Source: a virus
Taxonomy: Duplodnaviria > Caudoviricetes
DNA: 33,379 bases
Direction: 5' to 3' (one strand)
Virus record (IMG/VR): IMGVR_UViG_3300037246_000774
Span: 1-33,379 of that record
Shown here piece after piece: positions 1-7,493 of the stretch. Each line of letters starts with the position of its first letter. The first letter of the stretch is position 1. The notes under the pieces were generated by a model. That model was given only the letters and a program-made list of their open reading frames with translations. It was not told where the DNA came from and made no database searches. The position numbers and the translations under genes are program-made.

Positions 1-23
1 TATTTGGGAATGCAAGGGTTATG

Positions 24-638
24 TTAAAATATCCCCCACTGGGCAGCCATTGCTTCGGCTATCCCGGGGTAAGTCCTGCTTCTATTCTTCCAGCGTTCCG
101 GCCCGGGTGATTCCCTGTGGCACTTTGACCAAGTTTTATGCTCATCTGTCCCGGGTAACGGTGGTTCCAGTCTATTTGTTTCTTCCAGGGGAGGAAGGCC
201 CACCAATTCAAAACCTGTAGCCTTAAACGCCTCATCACCAAACCACCAAGGCTGAACGACTTGGCGAGGTCCTGGGTTAATTAGTGCCCGGGCGTACTTG
301 TGCATTATCGGATTCTCTATGGCCTTTCTTGATATATTTACATCGCGCAGATTCCTATAGAACTTCGCGCCCTCTTCCAGTTCTTTCCAAATTTGCTCAA
401 GGGATTTCCCCCGGGGTGGCACATGCAACCATCTTATTCCACTATTTGTCAGCCTAGTGCATGGCGGGTGAGCGATCATCATATCCCATCCATCATCAAC
501 AATATCGAACACGTTTCCCTGATAGTGCGGCCCGGGTCTCTCTGTCTGTTCAAGGTCACAACTCAAGGCATAGTGACCCCGGGCAATAAAAGCATCCCTT
601 ACGATTCCACTATATTCACAAGCTATTAAAACTTTCAT
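24..638 (-). CDS. Phage DNA cytosine (C5) methyltransferase-like protein
   Basis: MKVLIACEYSG (SAM-binding motif I-like), AHPPCT (PC catalytic motif IV), IENP (motif VI), C-terminal RSRTYPGIAEAMA. Confidence 0.8.
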   Translation of the reverse strand: MKVLIACEYSGIVRDAFIARGHYALSCDLEQTERPGPHYQGNVFDIVDDGWDMMIAHPPCTRLTNSGIRWLHVPPRGKSLEQIWKELEEGAKFYRNLRDVNISRKAIENPIMHKYARALINPGPRQVVQPWWFGDEAFKATGFELVGLPPLEETNRLEPPLPGTDEHKTWSKCHRESPGPERWKNRSRTYPGIAEAMAAQWGIF

Positions 639-654
639 ATATCACCTTAATTAA

Positions 655-1276
655 GTTAAGTCCTTAGTATTTCATCGGCATAATAAAGCCACATCCATCG
701 TCAAACTTGAATCTTACTGGCTCCATAGGGTCGCCTGCTGGACTTAACGCTATCCCTGGCAAGTCTTTAATAAGCTCTAAGTATATGATATTTACCTTTT
801 TGTCTTTAAAGTTTATAGGAGAGTTTAGGTTATAGCCGCCTCCTCCACAATAATCACACGGACTATCATCACTCACAACAGTACCGCTACCATCACAAGT
901 CTTGCATTCAACCTCATAATAGTTGTGGGCATTAGAAAACTCCACAAAGCCCTCATCTTCACATTCAGGGCAATCTTCAGACTTTCCTGTGCCCTTGCAA
1001 TATCGGCACTTATCACTAATATCTATTGAGTATTCCGGCAACGGCAACCATTCTTTTATTTTAGAGTGATCCCATGTCAATAATGTTTCTGGGTTTAATG
1101 AATTTTCTACCGATCCGATACTTTCAACTTTATCAATTCTGATAATTATATGACCATTTGTAGCATAAGTATAATCACCAATCGAAAAGGGTTTTTGTAT
1201 CTTTGTTCGCGTTTCATCCCTACTGCAAAACTTTTCCAATATTTCTATTTTCATATCTCCCTCCGTTAAGTCCTTA
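655..1276. repeat. 12-bp direct repeat GTTAAGTCCTTA (655-666, 1265-1276)
   Basis: Exact copies flanking gene 664..1254. Confidence 0.85.
664..1254 (-). CDS. Protein with DnaJ-type CxxCxGxG zinc finger inserted in a beta-clamp-like segment
   Basis: Four CxxC motifs (CRYCKGTG, CPECEDEG, CKTCDGSG, CDYCGGGG); flanking YATNGHIIIRI and GFIMPMKY; SD GGAGGGAG. Confidence 0.7.
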   Translation of the reverse strand: MKIEILEKFCSRDETRTKIQKPFSIGDYTYATNGHIIIRIDKVESIGSVENSLNPETLLTWDHSKIKEWLPLPEYSIDISDKCRYCKGTGKSEDCPECEDEGFVEFSNAHNYYEVECKTCDGSGTVVSDDSPCDYCGGGGYNLNSPINFKDKKVNIIYLELIKDLPGIALSPAGDPMEPVRFKFDDGCGFIMPMKY

Positions 1277-1309
1277 TATCCATCAATCTAAATCAAAGAT
1301 AGATGGGGA

Positions 1310-1666
1310 TTAATTCAAGTAATTTGTTATTATTTCCTTCGCCTGCTCAAATCCCGCCGCCCACTCTGCCCTGTAACCCTGTTCGTGCATATCAGCCAGC
1401 CATAATTGCTGATCCTTGGATAAACTCTTTTCCCCCTTGCCCATGTCCTTCATTTCCAGCCAAAGGCCGTGATAACCCCTCCTTGAGACACAAAGGAATA
1501 AATCAGACACACCGTTGGTCATACCCTCTGCTTTGTACTTTGCCAGCAATGCAAACTTATTGCGGCCACCTACCATCTGTCCGTTGGGAATGCTAATAAG
1601 GCGGTAATTAGGGTGTTGATATCTAAACCACTGTATAACCGCTTGCTGCTCTGTCGATTCACTCAT
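1310..1666 (-). CDS. VRR-NUC domain nuclease
   Basis: E..EQ..VIQWF, SIPNG, G..GVSDL, LWLEMK (PD-(D/E)xK), LS..Q..W motifs; start moved to MSESTEQ, which overlaps the upstream stop (ATGA). Confidence 0.85.
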   Translation of the reverse strand: MSESTEQQAVIQWFRYQHPNYRLISIPNGQMVGGRNKFALLAKYKAEGMTNGVSDLFLCVSRRGYHGLWLEMKDMGKGEKSLSKDQQLWLADMHEQGYRAEWAAGFEQAKEIITNYLN

Positions 1667-1803
1667 AACCACCTCACCATCCATACTACAATAACCACCA
1701 ATTTAAACTCAGCAAATAACCGCCACAATTCCCCATCCGGCACATCCTCCACCCTCATCCCAAGTTCCTGGCGTAGCGTTATGTATTTGTCGTATGAGTT
1801 CAT
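1663..1803 (-). CDS. Small 46-aa protein with hydrophobic C-terminus (MNSYDKYITLRQELG...VVIVVWMVRWL)
   Basis: Not in the ORF track; read by hand; ATGA overlaps with both neighbours. Confidence 0.6.
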   Translation of the reverse strand: MNSYDKYITLRQELGMRVEDVPDGELWRLFAEFKLVVIVVWMVRWL

Positions 1804-2021
1804 GGGTCAGGTTGTTTATCTTTGTCTGCAAATATATCATCAATGGTAAATCCTCTAGCAAGCGACCTTTTGGCGTGATAGAGTTGTTTAATAAAAGTCC
1901 TTGTGGGGTCACCTTTAAAGAAACTAGGGTAGCCAGTACATCCCCAGACTATCGCATCGATATAATCCTCTGGCATATTGGGGTCATTAAAGATAAACCT
2001 TACGCAATCAACTATCTTCAC
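1800..2021 (-). CDS. Hypothetical phage protein
   Basis: GTG start with SD AAGGAGG; IVWGCTGYPSFF segment; stop coupled to next gene. Confidence 0.7.
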   Translation of the reverse strand: MKIVDCVRFIFNDPNMPEDYIDAIVWGCTGYPSFFKGDPTRTFIKQLYHAKRSLARGFTIDDIFADKDKQPDP

Positions 2022-2045
2022 AACTTCCTCCTTTGCTATAACCTA

Positions 2046-2284
2046 TTTTAACCCGACCTATTTAGGTTAGGCGTGATACTTGCAAAATGTCTTTTGTTGC
2101 GTTCTCTTGCTATGCCTTGCTGATTTTTTTAATTGCCTCATTGAAGCGGGGCAATCTTTTCTATCAGAATATTCCGAGCACTTAGAGGCGCTGTGCTTAT
2201 CGTAATATTTACAAGTTCCTTTGCCGCACTTAATGCTTGCTACTTTCATCCTCGTCTCCGTACCTTCCTAATTTTTAACCCGAC
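2046..2284. repeat. 12-bp direct repeat TTTTAACCCGAC (2046-2057, 2273-2284)
   Basis: Exact copies flanking gene 2067..2249. Confidence 0.85.
2067..2249 (-). CDS. Small basic Cys-rich hypothetical protein
   Basis: ATG preceded by GGAG; fills the gene slot between two direct repeats. Confidence 0.6.
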   Translation of the reverse strand: MKVASIKCGKGTCKYYDKHSASKCSEYSDRKDCPASMRQLKKSARHSKRTQQKTFCKYHA

Positions 2285-2305
2285 ATAGGCAGGGTGATTA
2301 TTGGG

Positions 2306-2629
2306 TTAGTTGCCCAGCCTTTCTTTAAGCTCTTTTGCTGCGTCAATAAAAACGTGAGCCTGTGTTCTACATTCCTGTGCTTTTACATACTCTAGTCTTT
2401 CTCCATGCTTCTTTGACATTTCAAGCAAATTGCCCCATCTCTTTCGCCATAAATCAGCCAAGGCATCTAACCCGTCACTGCATTGGAGCTTTACCACGGG
2501 GCCTAATAGGGTTGTAAGCTCCTCTTGTAATTCAATAGCCTCTTCTTCAGTGTAAATTGTCTTATCACTTATTTGAATAACTTTTTTGCAGTCATGTTGT
2601 CTGGTTGTCCATTTTAAATACTTATACAT
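2306..2629 (-). CDS. Hypothetical phage protein
   Basis: Strong SD GGAGGGAGG; in-line with operon. Confidence 0.7.
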   Translation of the reverse strand: MYKYLKWTTRQHDCKKVIQISDKTIYTEEEAIELQEELTTLLGPVVKLQCSDGLDALADLWRKRWGNLLEMSKKHGERLEYVKAQECRTQAHVFIDAAKELKERLGN

Positions 2630-2644
2630 CTTTCCCTCCCTCCC

Positions 2645-2905
2645 TTATAGTGACCGTATGGGTTAAGTATCGATAGGCTCATGCTTTGTGCATGTTGCTG
2701 TTTTGTTCACTTTGAAGTTCCCGATCGTGCATCTAAGATTTCTCTCAGTAATATAGTTGCTGTTCCAGCTTGAGGGTTCTTTCTCGCAAACGAAATTTGT
2801 GCAATTGCTGCAAGTGTTTAGTGTCTTCGTATATCCCTGTCTTTCTTTTGCTTCACTTTGCTTGCTCATTGTGCGCCTCATTTCAAATTAAGTTTATAGT
2901 GACCG
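2645..2905. repeat. 12-bp direct repeat TTATAGTGACCG (2645-2656, 2894-2905)
   Basis: Exact copies flanking gene 2663..2869. Confidence 0.85.
2663..2869 (-). CDS. Small Cys-rich (putative Zn-binding) protein
   Basis: CSNC...C...C..H pattern; start taken at MSKQSEAK with GAGG upstream. Confidence 0.7.
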   Translation of the reverse strand: MSKQSEAKERQGYTKTLNTCSNCTNFVCEKEPSSWNSNYITERNLRCTIGNFKVNKTATCTKHEPIDT

Positions 2906-3012
2906 AGGGCATTCCACCCCCGGCCAATAAATCAAATATGGTTAACACTCTTCCCGGCTATGGTCTGCCATACCCCTTTACTAGCTATACATAGGCAACA
3001 CCTCCCTTCTCT

Positions 3013-3414
3013 TTAAAGCGATATCTCATCAAGCCCACCACTCCACGACTCAGTATTGTTTTTAGTCTTTGTGCAGGAAGGGCAAGACCTCATATGATCT
3101 ACTGCGTCAAACTTATTCCCGCAATCCTCCATATTGCAAGTACGCCGGGTGATTCCCCCCTGGCTGGAATTAGACCGGGTAGTTGTTTTTCTCAGTTTAC
3201 GATGTCCACCCTTCCGAATAATAGGAACGCCAGCCGCATTTTTCAAATCATTCAATTGCCATTTAAGCCTGTATTTAACTCTGGCCACAGTAAAGTCAAT
3301 ATGACAATCTGCGATATATTGCGCTTTCACAAAGCCGTCAGGATGTAGTCTGTAAATACGTTGACATTCCTTAATTGCTCGCTGCCGATACTCTTCGATG
3401 TCTTCTGTAATCAT
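3013..3414 (-). CDS. Hypothetical protein with C-terminal Zn ribbon
   Basis: CNMEDC...CPSC; ATGA overlap with the exonuclease gene. Confidence 0.7.
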   Translation of the reverse strand: MITEDIEEYRQRAIKECQRIYRLHPDGFVKAQYIADCHIDFTVARVKYRLKWQLNDLKNAAGVPIIRKGGHRKLRKTTTRSNSSQGGITRRTCNMEDCGNKFDAVDHMRSCPSCTKTKNNTESWSGGLDEISL

Positions 3415-4079
3415 AGCGCCTCTATATTATTTGTAGTTTCTGCCACCAATACTTCAAACTCTTTCAGCCTTGCATCCATCTTGTCAAAAACTTCTACCAA
3501 ATCAATCGCATTCAGCCTATGAACAAATAGTTTCTTGCCCTTCGGATAGTCATGGCAATAACTGACAAAATCAATATATTCCCTTCCCGTCTTCTGTAGA
3601 TTAAAATATAGCTGCCACTTATGCGAAGGATCGATATTGTTCCTTTCTACGGTTTCATAATGTACTGAATAAATGACGCTTTTTATCTCAATTAGTCCGT
3701 CATCATAAACCAAGCCATCAGGACTGCAACCTTCCGAGCCGCAATCAAAGAAGCCGCCATTGCTGACATCACAAAAATACTCATCTTCGTATGCTTTCCT
3801 AGCAAGTGGTTCCTGTTCATGGCCTCTTTCCATGTGCCCATTTGAATAGTTATCCCCTTGGGCCTCATTTGTTATCCTTTCCAGTGCAATTTGTATGGCA
3901 TACTTTTTAGCAGGCTTACCAAATTTCTTTGAAAGTTCGCTTTCTGTAGGGTCGCAAGTTGGGCAGTCGGTCTTCTTTCTTGGCACTGCCATGATCTTAC
4001 CAATTGCAGACCCGGTTATTTTACCAACACGCAGGCCAAGCCATTCATCGGTGTTCTGTTCTACATCATGGAATATCAT
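3411..4079 (-). CDS. YqaJ/lambda-exonuclease family alkaline exonuclease
   Basis: EQNTDEWLGLRVGKITGS, MERGHEQEPLAR..YE, GCSPDGL, GLIEIK, WQLY motifs. Confidence 0.9.
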   Translation of the reverse strand: MIFHDVEQNTDEWLGLRVGKITGSAIGKIMAVPRKKTDCPTCDPTESELSKKFGKPAKKYAIQIALERITNEAQGDNYSNGHMERGHEQEPLARKAYEDEYFCDVSNGGFFDCGSEGCSPDGLVYDDGLIEIKSVIYSVHYETVERNNIDPSHKWQLYFNLQKTGREYIDFVSYCHDYPKGKKLFVHRLNAIDLVEVFDKMDARLKEFEVLVAETTNNIEAL

Positions 4080-4582
4080 CCGAACACTTCCAGGTTGAGC
4101 TTCTCCTTGTTTTCCTCGGAGATATACATTCTTTGTTCAACCTTCTCAAGATTGCCATCACGCTCCAATGCGGTTATTGCATTAGCCCATGCCGTAGTGT
4201 CTGGCAATAGCTCATGTTTGTCTTCGCTTGGCTGCTCTGAGCTTATACGCAAGCCCTCTACAGTATCACGCCCAAATCTAACGCCAGGGTCAACATAGAT
4301 AGTCACGGGGATATTGTTCCAGTCTTCCAGAAATGCTGATTTGGTAAAGCTCTTGACCACCTTGGAATTGCCGACATTCAGAATCATCGGCTTGAGAGGT
4401 TCGCCTTGCCGTATTTCCTTTTCCACAAAATAGGCTGTATTGAAGCTGTCCTTTGTCTTCTTGCTTTTGTCAGGCTCCAGCCGGACGCACTTGATTGTCA
4501 GTTTTGTCGGCCCCGTAATATCTGCGGCGCTCAGATATGGACTGTTAAACGCCTTCCTGTAATGTGTTTGATTTTCGCTCAT
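4076..4582 (-). CDS. Putative ssDNA-binding/annealing partner of the exonuclease
   Basis: SPYLSAADI, KPMILN..N, EDW...VTIY, V.GLRI pattern seen in phage recombination modules; coupled to YqaJ gene; SD GGGAGG before MSENQ. Function inferred from context. Confidence 0.55.
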   Translation of the reverse strand: MSENQTHYRKAFNSPYLSAADITGPTKLTIKCVRLEPDKSKKTKDSFNTAYFVEKEIRQGEPLKPMILNVGNSKVVKSFTKSAFLEDWNNIPVTIYVDPGVRFGRDTVEGLRISSEQPSEDKHELLPDTTAWANAITALERDGNLEKVEQRMYISEENKEKLNLEVFG

Positions 4583-4697
4583 ATTCCCTCCCAAAACAAA
4601 ACCCCTCATTGGAAGTGTCGGCTTCCGCAAAGGGGCATGATTAAACATTGCTAGAATTCGCGGCCCCCGACATGACTGCGAATCATTATTTTCGGAT

Positions 4698-4726
4698 AGT
4701 TTATTCTATCCGATTGTGCTTGTCAA
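4698..4726 (-). promoter_or_regulatory. Sigma70-type promoter with overlapping palindromic operator
   Basis: Minus strand TTGACA(4726-4721)-17 nt-TAAACT(4703-4698); perfect inverted repeat TCGGATAG-N6-CTATCCGA at 4692-4713. Confidence 0.65.
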
Positions 4727-5475
4727 CTCCTTTCCTCTGAGATAACCCAAGGCTTCGAGGCTTTTAAAAAAGCTCTCACTTTATCTAAATCAAAAATTAT
4801 ATCATCAGGAGAACGTAATTTTGTTTCCGCATCAATCCAAATTAGATTATCACCTATGATATTTTCAATTTTACCTATCTGGCCTGCAACATTTTCAGGT
4901 GATAATCCACCAGCGTAACCACACGAAATACCCTCCAGAGGTTGAGGCCATGTTTCTGGTAACACGCCAGCCCCATGTGATAAATCAAATAGCGCAGAGA
5001 TATTATTGCAGTCCGCTTCTCTTGATATATCTATCAAGCCAGTGTTAACATCATCATATTGAAATATGACTGACTGTTTGTTTCTATCAAGTTCTCTCAG
5101 AATAAAAGGAAGTTGTATGTCATATACTCTGTGAGGCTCTGCATGAGTATTGATTTGCCAACGGTTAAACATATCAGGTGACATAAAATCTTCATGGATG
5201 CTTAATAGATCCCACTTAGGCCACTTGCCCAATAATAATTCATTCACCCATGATCCACAAATATGTCCAGCAAAATTCATATTACGACCTTTACAAGTAT
5301 CTATAAGTTTAACCAACCATTCTTTTGAGGGAAACCTAGTGTTGCCCATAGAACTGCGCGATATTAAAATGCCAAATTCTACAAATGGAAACTCTTTGGC
5401 AAGCTCAATAAGATGTGATGGCTCATTGCTATCGTCTGCACCTGTTACCGTTACTTTCGTTATAAATTGCTTCAT
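4723..5475 (-). CDS. Phosphoribosylanthranilate-isomerase (TrpF)-like TIM-barrel protein
   Basis: LFDLSHGAG, GYAGGLSPENV, WIDAETKLR, FDLDKV match the TrpF C-terminal half; N-terminus VTVTGADD divergent; SD GGAGGGAG before MKQFITK. Confidence 0.75.
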   Translation of the reverse strand: MKQFITKVTVTGADDSNEPSHLIELAKEFPFVEFGILISRSSMGNTRFPSKEWLVKLIDTCKGRNMNFAGHICGSWVNELLLGKWPKWDLLSIHEDFMSPDMFNRWQINTHAEPHRVYDIQLPFILRELDRNKQSVIFQYDDVNTGLIDISREADCNNISALFDLSHGAGVLPETWPQPLEGISCGYAGGLSPENVAGQIGKIENIIGDNLIWIDAETKLRSPDDIIFDLDKVRAFLKASKPWVISEERS

Positions 5476-5486
5476 CTCTCCCTCCC

Positions 5487-5903
5487 TTAATGTTTGCAAA
5501 GTTGATATTCATGTATCCTCGATTTGTCCGCTGTTATCTCCCGAAGCCGACAAGGAATATCGAAGCCGTTTTCTCTTAGCTCGTCAACCGCCGTATTGAC
5601 TGCCGTGATGTCTGCCCCGACAAATATTTCCCTTGTAGTATGTGGCTTGCAGTCTGATAAAAACTTCAGCAATCTTTGAAGGCGCTTTGATGTGGCAAGC
5701 TTTGCATAACGAATACCACCTGACTTCAATCTTGACTCGCCCACCGCATGTGCTTTTTTATGATATGCGTCTTTGCATGAAGTATGGCAGAATCGTTTTC
5801 TTAATCTTGGGTTCATCGTACCGTTGCAATTTTCACATCTGTCGCCGTATACGGCACCTGAAGCCGGCTTTTTATGCGTGTCCTTATCCTCGCCCCCGTT
5901 CAT
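5487..5903 (-). CDS. Zn-finger plus winged helix-turn-helix protein
   Basis: CENC...FCHTSC then LQRLLKFLSD..HTTREI....AVNTAVDELRENGFDI. Confidence 0.7.
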   Translation of the reverse strand: MNGGEDKDTHKKPASGAVYGDRCENCNGTMNPRLRKRFCHTSCKDAYHKKAHAVGESRLKSGGIRYAKLATSKRLQRLLKFLSDCKPHTTREIFVGADITAVNTAVDELRENGFDIPCRLREITADKSRIHEYQLCKH

Positions 5904-6040
5904 AGTTGGCCTCCTTCCAATTCAGCATTATCTAACCGTTCCTCGGCTACCCTTATTTTCTCATCCTGATCGGCTTCAAAATCCTCCTCGGTGTTTTCAA
6001 AGCCGCAGAACTCTTCCATCATGTCATCTTCGTAGCTCAT
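5900..6040 (-). CDS. Small acidic protein (MSYEDDMMEEF...)
   Basis: 46 aa, very D/E-rich; ATGA overlaps at both ends. Confidence 0.6.
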   Translation of the reverse strand: MSYEDDMMEEFCGFENTEEDFEADQDEKIRVAEERLDNAELEGGQL

Positions 6041-6168
6041 GCTTTCTTGGTAAATAAATACATGAAAATAGTAGCAAGCCATCTTGTAAATTTCCGTGGT
6101 TGCCTATTGCGTGTTTTCTTGCCCCCTATGATGCTGGGAATTTCCTCTGCAAAACATATAAATTTCAT
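6037..6168 (-). CDS. Small 43-aa basic protein (MKFICFAEEIP...FTKKA)
   Basis: Not in the ORF track; SD GGGAGAGG; stop overlaps next ATG. Confidence 0.55.
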   Translation of the reverse strand: MKFICFAEEIPSIIGGKKTRNRQPRKFTRWLATIFMYLFTKKA

Positions 6169-6189
6169 ATCCTCTCCCTCTCTTAATCG

Positions 6190-6411
6190 TTAGATTATCG
6201 TTTCCCCGGCAAGCACCAATGCTTTGATATTGTAAGGATGATTCATTAAGGTATATTTAGCCTTAACGCACCCACCCCTTGCCTTCTCTATCAGTGCTGT
6301 TCTTTCAGCTATAAACGCTGGATTGTGCCAATTATCGTGTCCGCTGGAAAAGGTGTTTATCCCCAATGGAATTTCTGTTGGCACTACTATTTCATCGTTT
6401 TCGTAGCTCAT
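6190..6411 (-). CDS. Hypothetical phage protein
   Basis: SD AAGGAG; in-line with operon. Confidence 0.65.
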   Translation of the reverse strand: MSYENDEIVVPTEIPLGINTFSSGHDNWHNPAFIAERTALIEKARGGCVKAKYTLMNHPYNIKALVLAGETII

Positions 6412-6433
6412 GCTTTCTCCTTAATGCCACGTT

Positions 6434-6553
6434 CTAAGGCTTAACAATTTCAAGCCACTTTAGCAATCCAATAGCCACGCTTACTAAACCAAGGCAAATA
6501 ATAAATGCTCCTGTGCCTATAATTACAGGGCCATAATCAACATCTTTGTTCAT
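6434..6553 (-). CDS. Small single-pass membrane protein
   Basis: MNKDVDYGP followed by about 22 hydrophobic residues; SD AAGGAGG. Confidence 0.65.
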   Translation of the reverse strand: MNKDVDYGPVIIGTGAFIICLGLVSVAIGLLKWLEIVKP

Positions 6554-6563
6554 GATCCCTCCT

Positions 6564-6833
6564 TTATGAATCCGCACATAGTTTAAGGTCTGTATAAATC
6601 GTACACCCGTTCTCTTCCCCCAACGCATAATGGGGGCAACCCTTGGTTTTACATCTGCCCTTTTCATGCTCAGAATGAATATGGGTCGCGATATCGTGCA
6701 ATATCATAGTTACATCATCGAAAGCTATCTGGGCTTTGGCTCTGATTCCTTCGCTTGAATCAAGTTCGAGCCCGAACCATACCATTTGCCGCTTGTTTGC
6801 TACTTCATGTAGCTTTGCTAAGATATCCATCAT
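6564..6833 (-). CDS. Hypothetical protein with Cys-rich C-terminus
   Basis: SD AGGGGG; CKTKGC...C...C. Confidence 0.65.
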   Translation of the reverse strand: MMDILAKLHEVANKRQMVWFGLELDSSEGIRAKAQIAFDDVTMILHDIATHIHSEHEKGRCKTKGCPHYALGEENGCTIYTDLKLCADS

Positions 6834-6839
6834 TCCCCC

Positions 6840-6995
6840 TTAATCCTTTTCAAGCCATTCTGTAACAGCCTCAATAAAGCCCTGCGGTATACTTAAATCC
6901 TTTGCAGCGCACCTTGATTTAAACCTTGACCACAATATCACAGGGATTGATTTGATTGTTTTATCCATTTCTGTTTTTGTTTCTTTGATTGTCAT
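6840..6995 (-). CDS. Putative ribbon-helix-helix DNA-binding protein
   Basis: KTIKSIP..LW.RFK..CA..DLSI..GF.EAV..WL fits a strand-helix-helix pattern; SD AAGGAG. Confidence 0.55.
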   Translation of the reverse strand: MTIKETKTEMDKTIKSIPVILWSRFKSRCAAKDLSIPQGFIEAVTEWLEKD

Positions 6996-7008
6996 GGTTT
7001 CTCCTTTA

Positions 7009-7317
7009 TTAAAGTTCTTGTCCACAGGAAGGGCATGAATTGCATCTATGCTTTAGTTTCACTTGATTGCTGGTTATAAAAATAACTTGATTGTTATCCA
7101 AGGCTCTCAAGATCAAATCATTTTTGGCATATCCGTCCAAATCAAGACCGACGCAAACCCTTATCGGCAACTCACAATTTGCGGCAATCACTTCAAAGTC
7201 ACGTCCAAATATACAGGTGCCATGTATTTGGTTATTCAATTTTCCTTCTTCATCTAGCCCCATTACTCCACTTCCATCATATGCTGCTACAATGTCTCCG
7301 ACTTTAAATCCTCTCAT
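7009..7317 (-). CDS. Hypothetical early protein (first gene after the early promoter)
   Basis: MRGFKVGDIV start with SD GGAGGG; C-terminal CPSCGQ. Confidence 0.7.
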   Translation of the reverse strand: MRGFKVGDIVAAYDGSGVMGLDEEGKLNNQIHGTCIFGRDFEVIAANCELPIRVCVGLDLDGYAKNDLILRALDNNQVIFITSNQVKLKHRCNSCPSCGQEL

Positions 7318-7349
7318 CTTTCCCTCCATTAATTGTTAGCGTTAAAGAG

Positions 7350-7378
7350 ACTATATCAACCTTATTAAAACAAGTCAA
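7350..7378 (-). promoter_or_regulatory. Strong sigma70-type early promoter
   Basis: TTGACT(7378-7373)-17 nt-TATAGT(7355-7350) with extended -10 TGn and an AT-rich upstream tract. Confidence 0.75.
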
Positions 7379-7417
7379 ATAAATAATACACTTTTGCTAA
7401 ATTAAATTTTAGGCAAT

Positions 7418-7460
7418 AAAAAACGCCCCAAAGTGTGCATAGTTTAGAGGCATGGGACGT
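7418..7460 (-). terminator. Intrinsic terminator 2 after lysis cassette
   Basis: ACGTCCCA/TGGGGCGT stem with long loop followed by a T-run. Confidence 0.5.
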
Positions 7461-7466
7461 GTGTAG

Positions 7467-7493
7467 AAAAGCCCCCCTCATTAAGAGGGAGGC
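7467..7493 (-). terminator. Intrinsic terminator 1 after lysis cassette
   Basis: GCCTCCCTC-TTAAT-GAGGGGGGC-TTTT. Confidence 0.75.

Larger units (their letters stand above)
6029..6418. repeat. 19-bp direct repeat TTCGTAGCTCATGCTTTCT (6029-6047, 6400-6418)
   Basis: Exact copies covering the starts of two genes that both begin MSYE. Confidence 0.88.

Noticed and set aside
1709-1912. 67-aa minus-strand ORF in the track
   Set aside because: Overlaps 1800..2021; the alternative 1663..1803 frame is coupled at both ends
2634-2662. Minus-strand ATACGGTCACTATAAGGGAG resembles the T7 promoter
   Set aside because: Needs two indels; GGGAG is the SD of the next gene; no phage RNA polymerase in the window and no copies noticed before late genes
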